DNA of 64,000 nt from Octopus vulgaris (Eukaryota). A program made the position numbers and the translations under genes. Location of the stretch: assembly GCA_951406725.2 (NCBI GenBank), contig OX597818.1:27900001-27964000 (forward strand), in the 5' to 3' direction. The first letter of the stretch is position 1; each line of letters opens with the position of its first letter. This document shows positions 38,405 through 52,800 of this stretch, piece after piece. Below the pieces are notes generated by a model, which saw only the letters and a program-made list of their open reading frames with translations, was not told the origin of the DNA and ran no database searches.

Positions 38405-41400
38405 CATTATTATCATCATCTTCTTTCAATTCTGTTTCCATTTCTTGCTGAGTCTTCCTGACACCTAGGACAGAGAAACGCACTGTATACATTGGTAGGC
38501 CATTAAAAAACACACCAAATTGCCCATTTACAAAATCATGTGATAGAGAAAAAGGGAAGAAAGACAGAGATAAAAAAGACAGAAATAAAAAAGTAAACAA
38601 AGAAAATAAAGGGGAAAAGAGAAAGAAAATTCACAGTGACAATGCTCTTCTCAATATGTGTGACATACCAGTTAAGACAATCTTTTGAACTTCCTGTATG
38701 GATGGTAAGCCAGGGATCAAGCATGCTGGACAAAATACTTAGCAGTATTTCACCCATCGCTACATTCCAAGTTCAAATTCTACCAAGGTCGACTTTGCCT
38801 TTCATTCTTTTGGGTCAATAAATTAAGTACCAGTGAAACACTGGGGTTGATGTTATCGACTAGTCCCCTTCCCCCAGATTTCAGGCCTTGTGCCTTTAGT
38901 AGAAAGGATTATTATTATTATTATTATTACTATTATTATTGTTATGGCTGCCATACTGTAGAGTCATGGAAATAGGAGCTCCATAAGTTGAAAAAGTGTT
39001 TGTAATCTTTTTGACCTTCTAAAGCCCTGTGTTTTCATTTTTATTGCTACCACTGCATTTCTGAGTTTGTATGGGCTGTGCAGATAGTATTTTTGTGTAG
39101 AAACACCCCCTGATTTGCAATGGGTGTGCATCAATAATTTTAAAAATTTAACTACTTTTGGCAAAAGCAAATATTTTGCAATTTTCTTTAATTATTTAAA
39201 GATGGTTGATACTTAAGCCATCATAATGTTTGACAAAAGAACGTGTTCCTCATCGGTAGAAAAAAGTGAGAAAAAGAATATCAAATGGCCTAAACTTAAT
39301 GCCATTAGTGAAACAAGAATCTCCGGAAAACATGCTCTAGCATCCATTTTCAAGGACTATGAGATATTTTAATCTTGTGATCTATTGGGAGTGGGTGGCA
39401 GTGTAGCAGTGCGACTCTGGAAATTCTTAGATCTCCAAGTACAGGCTATCTTCTTGGACCCAGATAGTAGGGTGATGGCTCTTGATATGAATGACAGCAA
39501 AGGTGGTGCCTTTAGACTTTTAGTGGTTTATGCCCCAACAGGGGCTGGAAGGTCAGATTTCTTCAGGCATCTAGAAACATTCTTGGGAATGTTTTGCACT
39601 TTAGTACTAGTAGGGATTGGAATAGTATTTTGGATGCACGGATTAGTGAACTAGTTAAGCAGCAGTTAACAGGGACTATTGTCAACTATGCGTTGGCTCA
39701 CTCTGAAGAGAATGATTAGAGTAGAATTGATAGCATTTACCAAAGATTTAGCAATAGAAAGAAATAGATTAGAAGGATAACTAGTTTGTAAATCAGAAGT
39801 AGCTATTAGTAAAGGCACCGTGAGCGATGTGTTAGTGGTGAGAATGTCCCTTGACCATTTCTTTGAGGTAAAACATAAAGGATATGTTGTCAGAGCTAAG
39901 GCCTGTGTGCTAAAACATAAAGGAACTGAAGCCATCCAATGAGCATGAATGGTAGAAACACGACGTGGAAACAAAACCTCGATCAAGTTTTTGACGGATC
40001 AGGATGGACTCATGCTACTCAGTTCTGAACAGATGCATGCAGCTTTCCAGCAGTTCTTTGTATGGTTGTTTGGGGAGAGTGATGGGTCAACGATGGTATC
40101 AGACTTTACTTCATACACAGATGACCTACCATGGCTCTCAGTAATGGATGCGAAGTTCTGCATAAAGTTGATTACAGCCACTGAATTATGGGAGGTGATG
40201 AGCGATTGTATAAGTTGCAAATTGCCCAGTTTGGATGGTCTGCCCTACAAATTCTGTTTTCACATCAGATTTGTTTGGCAGATGTCTGCAATAACTAGCA
40301 GCAGAATGGTAGAATTTTTAGTGCCATTTGCTGGGATGTGATAACACTGCTGAGAAAGGACACTGATAATGGGGATATGCTAGGGCATTTTTGGCCCATA
40401 ACTCTGCTAAACACAGTGTTTAAAATTTTAGATAAGGTGTTAGCAAAAAGGTTAGCAATTGTCGTTGGTAGTATGGTTGGGATGGCACAAACATGCATAA
40501 TCCCAAGCAGGTCTATCCACAACAACTTCCACCTTATGCAATACATCATAGAGAGGGCTGGGACTAAAGCTGGTTTTGGTGGGTCCTGCACAATTTAGAT
40601 AATTCAGAAGCTTTTGAGAGGGTAGACCATCACTACTTGGAAGCTATCCTTAAAGCATCTGGTTTCAGTACCGTTTTCAGAGGCTGAATTACTGCTCAGT
40701 GATCAACATAAAAGGACATCTATCGGAACCGTTTAGTATCGCACGTTCAGTCTGTCTGGGCTGCTTGCTGTCACCTCTTCTGTATGTACTGGCTCTTGAA
40801 CCTCTGCTGCAGAAGTTGGAACAGTTAAGAGGGCTCCCTTTTGAAATTGGATTCAGAAAAGCAGTGTCAGTGTATGCAGACGACATCACTGAAATTCATA
40901 GATTCTCCAGAAAAAGATACCATGACATTAAATGTTTTTGGAGGAAAAGTATATGCTGATACTCCAACCAAATTCCAGTGTAGTTGGAAAGGTGGTCATC
41001 CACCAACAAGTGTAACCCTGATGTATAAAAATATATCAAATACTAGTAAAGAAGATGAACTTAATGTGATACCTTCCAAAGCTCATCAAACAGTAAAGTG
41101 TCTGGGCATTCATATGGCAGCAAATGTGTCTTGTGAAAAGAATTTTACTATTTATTGCGAGTATAAATGAAGCATCTTGTGAAAATTTTAATCTTCTGTC
41201 TTCATTTTCTTTTTTAAATTCAAATATGAGAAAATTATTGAAATCTAAGTCTTTTGTAAATGTTGGTTTGGCTGTAGATTTTTGAGTGAAAGAAACAATA
41301 AACTGTTGTAGTGAAAATGGTTCACCCCTTCCCACATGATAAAGTGGTATGAGTAGCCACTATAAAGTCAGACAGTCAGTCGTTGTAGGAGGTCAGTAGT

Positions 41401-43786
41401 AGTAGAGTCATACGAGTTTTCAGTTGGAGTCTGTTATGTGTCACTTATGTGATATATACAAATTCGAGTTACCATCAAGGTAGACGTTTCAAAGTCATTG
41501 CCTTGAGGATCAATCAGTGATAGCATGATAGACGAGTCAAAGATAATAAAACATGGAATACTTCCACAACATAATAGTGGCAACAAGAATATTACAGTGC
41601 CACTAACAACATACAAGTGGACAAGGATCCACATTATAACATAAACAATATTCTGTGATACCAAAATGGGTGCGAGTTGTATTATACTTATACGAGTTAT
41701 ATCTAATTGTATTGTTGGAATTTGTGAGTGGTTTTATCACATAAGTTGAAAATTCAGAGGTAATAAACTTCTGGTCAAATTCTGATATAAATATTATTGT
41801 ATGGTTAGATATTTGGGAGTTTTTAAAATTTTATTTGAGAATAGCGATAAGTAATTAGAGGGATGTCAAGTTGCTGGTCTAGGTTATCTAAACCAGAAAA
41901 AGTGTTATGGCTCAATTGATTAGGAAGAGATTTAACCTAGATGAGATGCAATTAAGCAGTGTACCAGAAAGACGTATTACTGATGTCATATTCCTAGTGA
42001 AAGAACTGCAGAAGTACCTGGCTAAAAGTAAGCTACTGTACCTGGCATTTGTTGACCTGGAGAAAGCTTTTGACAGAGTTTACTCATTTGGTGATCTAAT
42101 AATCATTGATGAAGCTAGGAGTAGATGAATGGACTCATGTGAGCCTTACAAGCCAAATATAGGGGTGCTGTCAGCAAGATGAGAATTAATAATAAGTACA
42201 GTGTTGAATGCTTAGTAACTTTCTAGTTATCAAAGACTTCTAAGAGAGTTTAAGACAGGGTGTGCATTGGAATTTTTATAAGTTAATGTTCTTGGTCTTA
42301 CAGTTGAAACTACTATTGTAGGATTAGAAAACAATTACAGGTGTGAAAGTAAACCTGGAATCAAAGGGCCTCAGCAACTTGGCAAACATTAAAGTCTAAG
42401 TAAATCAGAAAACTTACAAGACCCTTCTTCCATCTGGAAAATTACCTCATTTGATATATAAAACAGGGATGGGTGGAAATTTGATACAGTGTACTCAATG
42501 ACCCTACATCTCACTGTAGTAACTCTTCAAAAATTGACGAATGTTTCATTAACTATAGGGTCATATTCAAATTGCTCCAAGGTTATGGGTTTGTGGTGGT
42601 TTAGATCCCTAGCTCTATCTTACTATGATATTCTGTATGAGAAAACAAGTTCAATGACAATCTTAAAATCTGAAGACTTACAGGATATGAACAGGAATAT
42701 ATTTTATGAAATAAAAGCAAACAGGGAGAAATGAAAAAAAACCTCAATGCAGTAGCAAGTGCTTCAGTTGTTTGCACACCACAAGATTGAATGGAACTTA
42801 GTGAAGCAAGCCAGCACTCTTGTGGCATTACCATGGGCACGTTTATGTATTACTATAACCATGTTATTTATAAATTTATTTTTGAAATGTGTATGGAACT
42901 GAAATTTTGAATGAATTTTTATCGTATTTTCTAAACTGAAACTGCTTTCTGATTTTTTTTTTAAGATCCTCCTCAAGTAAACATTCATATTTCAAATGAG
43001 ACAAATAATACTTTACAAATTAATTGCACTGTATTTGATGGAAATCCAGCAAATTATGAATACAAACTGAAGCAAAAATGGAGTAATACCACTAAGAATA
43101 CTTATAATATAAAAGTATTATCTATAAACAATCCTTCCTTCAGTAATACTGGTACATGGGAGTGTCATGTAAGCAATGAATATTTTCATGTGAGTAAATC
43201 CTCAAACTACAAAATTCCAGGCAAGTATTTTACAAAGCCACAATTATTTAAAAAAAATATTTACAATTCAATTTTTATTTTTAGAATGGTAAAATTGTTC
43301 AGTTATATATTTGATTTTATTCCATTAGAATATTGTTGGACTTTGTTCTTTTTATGTATATCAATATAACTTTCAGGAATGGTTTGAAATGTAAATATTT
43401 AAGAATTATAGTTTTAATAAATTATATAGTATCAAATTTTCTCAAAAGAACTGAAGCTGTTTCCAAGTAAATTTTAAGCATGCATTTTATATAGTGAAAT
43501 AGTTTCCCTATTGAGTTTTCTTATTATTTAGTTTGTTCCATTTCAACTGCATAATCAATATTCTTTTTACTCTCTCTTTTACTTGTTTCAGTCATTTGAC
43601 TGTGGCCATACTGGAGCACCACCTTTAGTCGAGCCACTCGACCCCGGGACTTATTCTTTTGTTAGCCCAGTACTTATTCTATCGGTCTCTTTTGCCGAAC
43701 CGCTAATTAACGGGGACATAAACACACCAGCATTGGTTGTCAAGCAATGCTAGGGGGACAAGCACAGACACACAAACACATACATG

Positions 43787-43830
<44 letters not shown>

Positions 43831-46800
43831 TACGACGGGCTTCTTTTCAGTTTCCGTCTACCAAATCCACTCACAAGGCTTTGGTCGGCCCAAGGCTATA
43901 GTAGAAGACACTTGCCCAAGGTGCCACGCAGTGGGACTGAACCCGGAACCATGTGGTTGGTAAACAAGCTACTTACCATAGGGCCACTCCAAAATACAGC
44001 AAATTAACTTATCAGGCAAGAACATCAAATATTTCTTGTTACAGTAATTCAAATTATAAAGATATGCAATTTTGGCATATGAATTATTTGTTTTTTAAAT
44101 GTTATAATAGATCTTTCCAAAAATATTCCTAAAACTTTCAGTAGCAAGTAATTTTCATTTAAATTTTATATCATGTTATATTTGTTTAGAAAGAAAAGAA
44201 ATGTCTATATCATGTTTAGCTCTGTATGAAAGACACTTTGTAACATAAAATGTCTACCACTTCTGATGTCTTGAGATTCAAGGTAATGTAAGAACTGATG
44301 AATAAAGATTATCAGTATAATCTTAGAAATACTGACTGCTTCTGAGCAGCATTGGAGAGATTGTCTTTAATGGAGATGGCACACATTTTGGATTAAGTCA
44401 TGTTTGAGAAATAAAAATTTCTAAACTTATCAAGAATAAGTCAATTTGCAAGTGCAATTTCAGGGTGATGTTTAGGATAATATCAGATAATGAAAATTGC
44501 TTCCTAAATTATCACAAATCTCAAAATCTCTTAGGTGGGATCTAATACAGGCTATATAAACACAGTTTCTTTGAAAATATTTCTTTTTATGTTACACATT
44601 GGTCACTTGTTTTTGATCAAATATATGAAAATAATCAGTAAGTAAAACTATCTACTTTTAGATAACACTTGAAACTATTAGCTTGAATTGCTAGTTTTAA
44701 GTGATCAAAGGCTTTATTGTACTTAAAAGCCATAGTAGTAATATCTTAAGTAATGAGTTGAGCTGAAAAAAAGTAACTGACTGTGTGTTTGTTATGTGTA
44801 GGAAGTTAAACTGGATATGATATTAGTAGCTAATATGACAGATTTGACTGCCATATGCATATGTCCCTGTTATCTTGATCAGGTGGAGTGTGATGAGACA
44901 ATGTTAGAGGATCTTCTGGAACCATACATTGTAAAATATGCTATGGTTGTTGTGTAGAGGTTGTAATTGAAGGGCTGGTAAGAGTTCGTTTGACAACTAG
45001 GGATTCTAATTTGGAGGTGAAATGGTACAGATGCTTAGAATTGTCAATGTTTTAGCCTTAAATACTAGCAGAATCAGTCTGAAAGTAAATTCGGTCATTG
45101 AATTGTATAGTTTACATTTTATTATTTCCATTTATTTTTTGAAAACTTAGACACCTTCTGTTTCAAATTTATGATATACATTGTTATTTTCGTTAGTAAT
45201 ATTATTATTTTTCCATCAGTGAAACCTATTTTCAGTTCAAGATCAAACAATCCCAAAACGAGAAATGTTGCAATTGGAGAATCTGTAATTTTCAAACAGT
45301 GTTTTTATTCCTATCCAAAATTTGATGTAAAATGGCAAAAGAATGAGAAATTAATTGACTCCAACAAATATTTAATAACTGATTATTTATCAAGTGAGTT
45401 TCCTTTCAAAGGAAGCTGTGCTAGTTTAAAGATAGAAGACATTAAAGATAATGATTTTGGCACCTATACCTTAACAGTGGAAAATACCATAGGGAAAAAA
45501 GTGATTATTTTTGCCATGAGACTTAAAGGTAAGTTGTTACATGTTTGGAATTATTCTTTAGTTACTTAAAATATTGTTTCGTGCTATATGGAATTATTTA
45601 GAATTGATTAATTCATTGTGAAGTACTTAAGGTTCTGCTTTTAGTCCATGTGTTAGAATTAGCTGTATGTTATAAAGATGATTATCAATTTTAGCTTTCA
45701 TTCTTGTTTAAGCACTTTTAGATTTGTAGGTAAACATAATTTCTTTTTCAGAAATATTCTAGAAAATTGCTGGTCACAAAACTTCCACTGGCAAACCATT
45801 CCCTGAACTCTGATAATGAAGTTTTCTGGTCAATTAACTATTTATTCTTAGTTTGTTCATTTAAATATTTTCGACATAATTAGAGTGAAGTTGATTTCAA
45901 TGTGGTAAGATTTCTAGTTGAATTATGTGGACATAAAAATAACTTATAACATAGATGATAATTCTATCAGTATGGAAAGAACCAGAGTGCAGGAATTTGG
46001 CAGTGTTTGATGCTGTGGATCTCAAAATTTGCATAGCATCATACAGGTGGATGTATAAGGGCAAGCCATTTCTGTTTAATTACATATGTGATGGAAAGGA
46101 AAATGAAAGAGGAATGAAATGATGGTCTAATAAGGACACTCTGAGGAAAAAGTAGAAAGAAGCTTTTAGGTATGATCTGAAAACACTGAGCCTTATAATG
46201 CATTACTAGAATGCACTACAGAACATATTTATAGTATTTTTAACAAACACTTAGTGTTACAATGTTTGTAAAGAAATTGACTGTACAATATCTGATATAA
46301 AAAAAAGATGCACAACTGTATGTACATTTTATTGTTTTTGAAGCCTTCAAGTAGCAACTGTGTACCCCAACATCCATTGACCTTAGAATATGTGGCAAAT
46401 AATTAGTGAAAAATTCTTCATAACCCTTTATATTTTTAATGTATTAATGCAAGGTCTTTTTAATAAATCCTTTCAGAAATTATGGAAGTCCCTTTGAGAA
46501 TAATTATTGGTTGCACTGTAGGAATTGTATTATTAATAATTTTGGGGCTTCTTATTTATAAATGCCACAAAAAAAGAGGTTGGTATGTTTTACACATTAT
46601 AAAGGTTTGTTAATTAGGGATATATATTCTTAAAACTCTCCTGCCTGACCAGGCATGGTTAAACAGATGTTGAAAGTTGTGTATGTATGTGTGTCTGTGT
46701 TGTGTGACTCAATACATACATACATACATACATACATACATACATACATACATACATACATACATACATACATACATACATACATACATGCATGCATGCA

Positions 46801-49800
46801 TGCATGCATACATATTAAAAATTGTTCAGCATATCCCAAAACACCCTTCTTTCCACCAGCCTGTTCATCAGTCACAATGTTGTTTGATTCACAATGGTCC
46901 TGATTGAGGCAACATGTGTACAGTTTGTACATAATATTTAGGCAAGCAATGAGCCTGTAGCTTTCTGCCATCTCGGTGATTTCCTTTTTGGCCACAAGAT
47001 TTGTCCTTGTAGCAAGCAAATGTGGTATATCAGTCTGAACTTCCATAGTCCTTCTGAACATACATATCAATAGGTTTCTATAAAATGACAGCTTCTTGTA
47101 TCCATATTCGACTATTAGGTCCCTTCTAGGTGCCTTCCCATTCTGCAGTTTGCCTACTGCTATTGCAAAGGTTTCTGCATCAATTTTGTGTGCTTTACTG
47201 TAAGTGTTGGTACAGTATTCTCTCTCAGTTGTATTTAACCATGTTGAAATTCCTCTTTTCATTCCAAATTTTTGACCAGAATGATTGTAGATCTTGGGAG
47301 GGAGCTATATATATATATATATATATATATATAAGATATGAAATATAAGCCATGCTGTGTAGCCACCCTACTCTTTCTTCCTAGTAAATCTACATGCCCT
47401 TCTTGCATACTTGCATACCCCCTTTACCTCTCCTCATTGTTGGCCCTTAATTTGGATGTTGTATGGGATTAAGGAAATTGTAATTCATTGAATAAACTAT
47501 ATACCAAAGTTCTGTGCAAGCTGACATGTGCTTGTGCAGATCTTCTTTTCAGGTGTTGACAAAGGTCCTACAACGACTGCTTTCCAACTATCACTCCTGA
47601 ATACACAATTTTATGACCACTACCATCAACATTGGTGCAATGAAAGGAAGGTCTGGTGAGATTATTGAAATGCTGGAGCATCACCATGTCGATGTGGTAG
47701 TGTGCAAGAAGTAAGATGGAGAGGAGCCTCTACTAGATTTCTCATGGGTAAGAAACAGAGGTTCAAATTCTTCTGGGTAGGCAGGAGTGATGGAGTGGGT
47801 AGTGTTGGCACACTTTTAGCAGAAAATTAAGTAGAAAAGGTAATTGAATTAGTCAGAATATGTGATAGGGTTATTGAGCTGAGACTTATCATAGATAAAT
47901 TAACAGTTACATTTATCTCTGTATATGTTCCACTGTCTGAGCTGGTTGATGACCAGAAGGACCAATTTTACGAGGTTCTTCTGCAGACTACCTCAGTGAC
48001 AAATGACAGTGACTTAGTTATTGTAGCTGGTGACAACAGTTAAGGTGCATGGCTCAGTGGTTAGAGCATCGAGCTTATGATCGTGAGGTTGTGAGTTGGA
48101 CCGGGCTACGTATTGTGTTCTTGAGCAAGACACTTTATTTCACGTTGCTCCAGTTCACTCAGCTGTAGAAATGAGTTGCGACATCACAGGTGCCAAGCTG
48201 TATCGGCCCTTGCCTTTCCCTTGGATAACATTGGTGGTGTGGAGAGGGGAGGCTGGTATGCATGGGTGACTGCTGGTCTTCCATAAACAACCTTGCCCGG
48301 ACTTGTAACTGGGAGGGTAGTCATGACTGAAGGGGGTCTCAACGACTACAATGAACATACTGGGCAGCATGGTGCACATGGTGGTTATAGCTTTGGTTCT
48401 AGGAATGAGGAGGGAACAAGGCTGCTGGAGTTCCGTGATGCAAATAATCTCATGATCTGCAACACTAGCTCAGAAAATCAGACTGCTACCTAATCACTTA
48501 TCAGTCTGATGGGCACATAAGCCAGATTGATTACCCCCTCACTAGACAACAAAATAGACAGATACTTGCAAATGCAAAGTGTTTCCTTGGTGGAGAGTGT
48601 ACAACCCAATATAGGTTACTAGTAAGTGACTTCAGAATTAGAGCTCGAATGACTCTGAGAAATAAACCATTTTGGAAAAGAAGATTATGGAAGCTCAAAG
48701 ACCCAGCAAACTGACAGAAATTTAGAGATAGTCTAATGGAAGCTTTTGACAAAAGAGAGGTAAGTTGGGAACATATAGCTTAGTGAACAATTGGAAGTTC
48801 TTGCAGGACAAACTACCAAAGTCTGCTGGCCAATTCTGTGGTTGGTGTAAAGTTCCATCTAGGCTTATGGTGATATGATGGTGAGTCAAAAAGGTAGGCA
48901 GTCCGATCAAAGCAAAGAGACTGTCCTGGAAAGACTGGAAAAATAGTGGAAGCAAAGAATTATATCAGGAAGCAAGAAGGGAAGCTAGGTGACAGGTTTA
49001 AATAGCAAAAGGAATAGCAGAAGGTAAGAAGTTTACCAATGTTTTACAGCATAAGGATCAGAGGCGTGAGGTGTTCAGGATTGCAAAGCAGTGTATCAGA
49101 GAGAATAGAGATGTGGTGAGTGAGAAATGTGTGTGAATGGATAATGGTACATTTGCTCTTAGTAACTCAGAGAAGAAAGATGCATGGAAATGCCACTATG
49201 AAAGGTTACTAAATGTGGAAAATGCATGGGAGGAGAGACTTTCAAATGTTGAATCAACTGAGAGACCAGCATTAGTATTGATACCAGTATAATAGATAAG
49301 GCAATTAAGAATATGAAGACAGGGAAAGCCATCAGAAATCACTGCCGAGATAATTAAAATATCTAGCAGTGTAGGATATGGCCTAGCCAACCATATAGTT
49401 AATCAGATTATTCAGGAAAGCATCATCCCCAATGACTGATGTAGTAGTATTATAGTTAGCTCATACAAGGATAAAGGTGATGTCTTAGAAAGAAACAACT
49501 ACAGAGGTATCAAACTGCTGGACCAGATCATAAAACTTACAGAAAGTTTTATAGCTCAGTTGATTAGGAATAGAATTATATTAAATGAGATTTAATTTAG
49601 TTTTGTATCTAGGAAGAGTACCACAGATGCCATTTTCCTAGTGAGGCAGCTGCAGGAAAGTATTTGGTTAAAGTAAGCCATTGTACTTGGCTTTTGTTGA
49701 CCTGGAGAAAACTTTTGACAGAGTTTCCCACTCTCTCATCTGGTGGTCTCTAAGAAAGTTAGGAGTAGATGAGTTAATTGTTAGAGCTTTACAAGCCATA

Positions 49801-52800
49801 TACGGTGGTGTTGTCAGTAAGGTGAGAGTTGGCCATAAATACAGTGATGAGCTTAGTGTACAAGTAGGGGTTCATAAGAGTTCAGTTCTCAGTCCATTCT
49901 TATTCATCATAGTCCTCCAGATCATAACAGAGGAATTCAAAACTGGATGCTATTGACCTTGCTCTTATTGCAGATTCTGTAGCAGAATTGGAGAAGAAAT
50001 TCCCGGTATGGAAATAAAACTTAGAATAAAAGGGTCTTAAAGTTAATCTAGCAAAAATCAAAGTCGTTGTCAGCAAGAAAGCAGATAAGACTTTCTTTCC
50101 ATCAGGTAAATGGCCCAGTTCAGTATGTAGGAAAGGAGTTGGAAGTTATTCCATTTGCTGCATATAGCTTATGGATACATAAGAGGTGCAGTGGAATCAC
50201 AGGCAGGTTAACAGATAAAGTTGTCTCAAATGCCCAGGATGCTTTCTCGCTTGAGGTTGTAGATAGTTTTTGTTACCTAGGTGACCAAATTAGTAATGGC
50301 AGAGGATGTTCTGAAAGTATTGTTTAGAATAAGAATAAGGCGGAGAAAGTTCAGAGAGCTATTACCTCTGTTGGCAACAAAAAGACTCTATTTCAGAGTG
50401 AAAGGTAGATTGTATGATGCTTGTGTGCAAACAGCTATACTTCATAGTAGTGAGACATGGGCTCTGAACGCAGAAGAGATGCATAGACTAGAGAGGAATG
50501 AAAGCAGTATGCTGTGTTAGATATGCAACATCAGTGTCTATGTACAATAAAGCGCAAATGTGCTGAGAGAAAAGTTGTGAATTAGAGAAGTCAGATGCAA
50601 TATGCAAGAGAGAAGGCAACGTTGGTTTGGACATGTGGTGCATATCAATGATGACAGCTGTATAAAGAAGTACTGATCACTGAAAGTAGATGGCACCCAT
50701 AGAAGAGGGAGACCCAGGGAGACATGGGATGAGGTGGTAAGGACCAATCTCAGGATGCTGAGCTTCACAGAGGAAATGACAATGGCCTGAGATGTCTGGC
50801 AATATGAGGTTCTTGAGAAGATACCACCCACTTCAGCAAAACCGAGTCCTAGAAGTGCTGTGTGTTCTACCTACATGTAACAATAAAGCTTTTCACACAC
50901 CCTACCTCAACTACACCTTTTCTCTTCCTCACATTTCTTCTTTCCATGCACTATGCTAATCTCTCACTCTCCAATTCTGTCATCACTTCTCTGCTCACTG
51001 TATCATTGCTATTCTGCAGTCCCCCCCCTCTTTATTTACCCAAGTTTCCCCAGTAACTGTCTTCCCTACCCCATACTCTTTACATTTTTGTGAAGACTAG
51101 TCCCTACTCACACTCCTTTGACAATATCCTACTCTTTTTTATGATTTTCAGTCATGAAAATCTGTCATCACACTCACACATTTTTTTTTTTTGTGTGTAT
51201 GTATGTTTATATTATAATGGAAAAAACTGCTTTAAAAGTACTAAAAGAAAGCAATTATTAAAGGGTTTACCATCTGGAAATATCTTTATAAATCCATGTT
51301 CTAAGAAATTTCCTATAATTTCAATTACTCAAGTTTCTTGAATTTTTTAAAATTCCAATTTCTCGCAGATTTAAATATTCATTGCATTCACTGTGTCCAA
51401 TTCATGAATTTAAATATTCATTGCATTCACTGTGGAGTATTCCTTTCTCATTTGCAAGGTCTCTCACTTTCTCTTTTAAGTTTTCATTTCCTATTTGGAA
51501 AACCAACAGTTTATTCTGTTAATGTATATGTAATTTATTATTTATTGAATGAAACATTTTTAGATACCCGTTTAATCTTTGAATACAGGATAGCTGTAAG
51601 AAGAGCCTAGAAAGTTGGGTAGTTTCTATTAGAAGATGAAGAGAAAAAAATATACATACATATATAACAATGAATGAGTCATTTTATATGGAATATTTAA
51701 TTTCTCCATCTTACATATATTTGATTAACAAAAGGTGATATTTTGTTATCTAATGAAAACACACACTTAAAATCTTCAAAGATGTGTAAACTTTATGTGT
51801 AATGTTTCTGGATTGTTGAATTAAATATTATTGGGGAGATAACACTTAACTGTGTTCAATTGGGGAAGCAGTTTATATTCAGTATTTGATGAGAGAAAGC
51901 TACAGAAAAAAAACCACCCAGAAAAGGAGATGGACTGGAGATTAAATATTGCCAGAGAGAGAAATAAAACACTTTTTGATTAACAATTTTATTGTTTTTT
52001 ATCAGTTGTCTTTCTTCCTTGCCAGTTAATGTTAGTGGGAAGAGGTACAAACACACACAAAATAAAACTAATGACTAATATATATTGTGTATACATCTAC
52101 ATACACCCAAACATATGCATCAGTATGCGCATATACCTCCAAATATACATACATATATCCATACACACATATACTCTACTGGGGCAACCACTACACACAG
52201 ATATAGGTGTCTTGCAGTAGAGAAAGTATTGGGTTGTCCAGAAAGTTCATGCTGATTTATAGTAGCTTACCTTTTGACTTACCCTCCCAGGCACCTCAAT
52301 TTTGGGAAGAGGGTATTTTCAAGTTAAAGGAAAGATGGTGCAACAAAATGGTTCATATTTAGTTGATTAAAAATGTAATGGCAAGTGTTTATTGACCTTT
52401 TTCTTTCCTTTAAAAATTGGAACGAACTTTCCAGACAACCCAATACTTTGGTTCCTTCAGTTGAAGAGAGAGAGAGAGAGATAGAAAGAGAAGAGAGAGA
52501 GTGGAGAGAAGAAATGTTGGTGTGATGGTGCGAGGTGCATTCAAGTGACATAGAACCAAAAGAGTGGATGGGTAAGTTTGTGAGACTGCAAAAGAAGAGT
52601 GGGAGATGAATGGGAAGAACTGTATCTCATGTGGGTGTTAAGAGAGATTGGAAAAGCTGTTTCTAAATCTCACCATTATGGAAAACTGGAGATAAAATTT
52701 CTTCTGATAAAATTATGCCATAACTAATGATAGTTATGTTTGAAATAGAAAATTGTTACTCTTTCTAGAAGTGTTTGATATTGACAATTTTTATACAAAT

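Noticed and set aside
44291-44343. CTGATGA-hairpin-GAAA motif in an intron
   Set aside because: Good stem II but no UH triplet or stem III in register with stem I; no repeat context
51369-51433. Short tandem duplication of atttaaatattcattgcattcactgtg after a cAG
   Set aside because: Local slippage duplication; no convincing donor or coding signal for an exon
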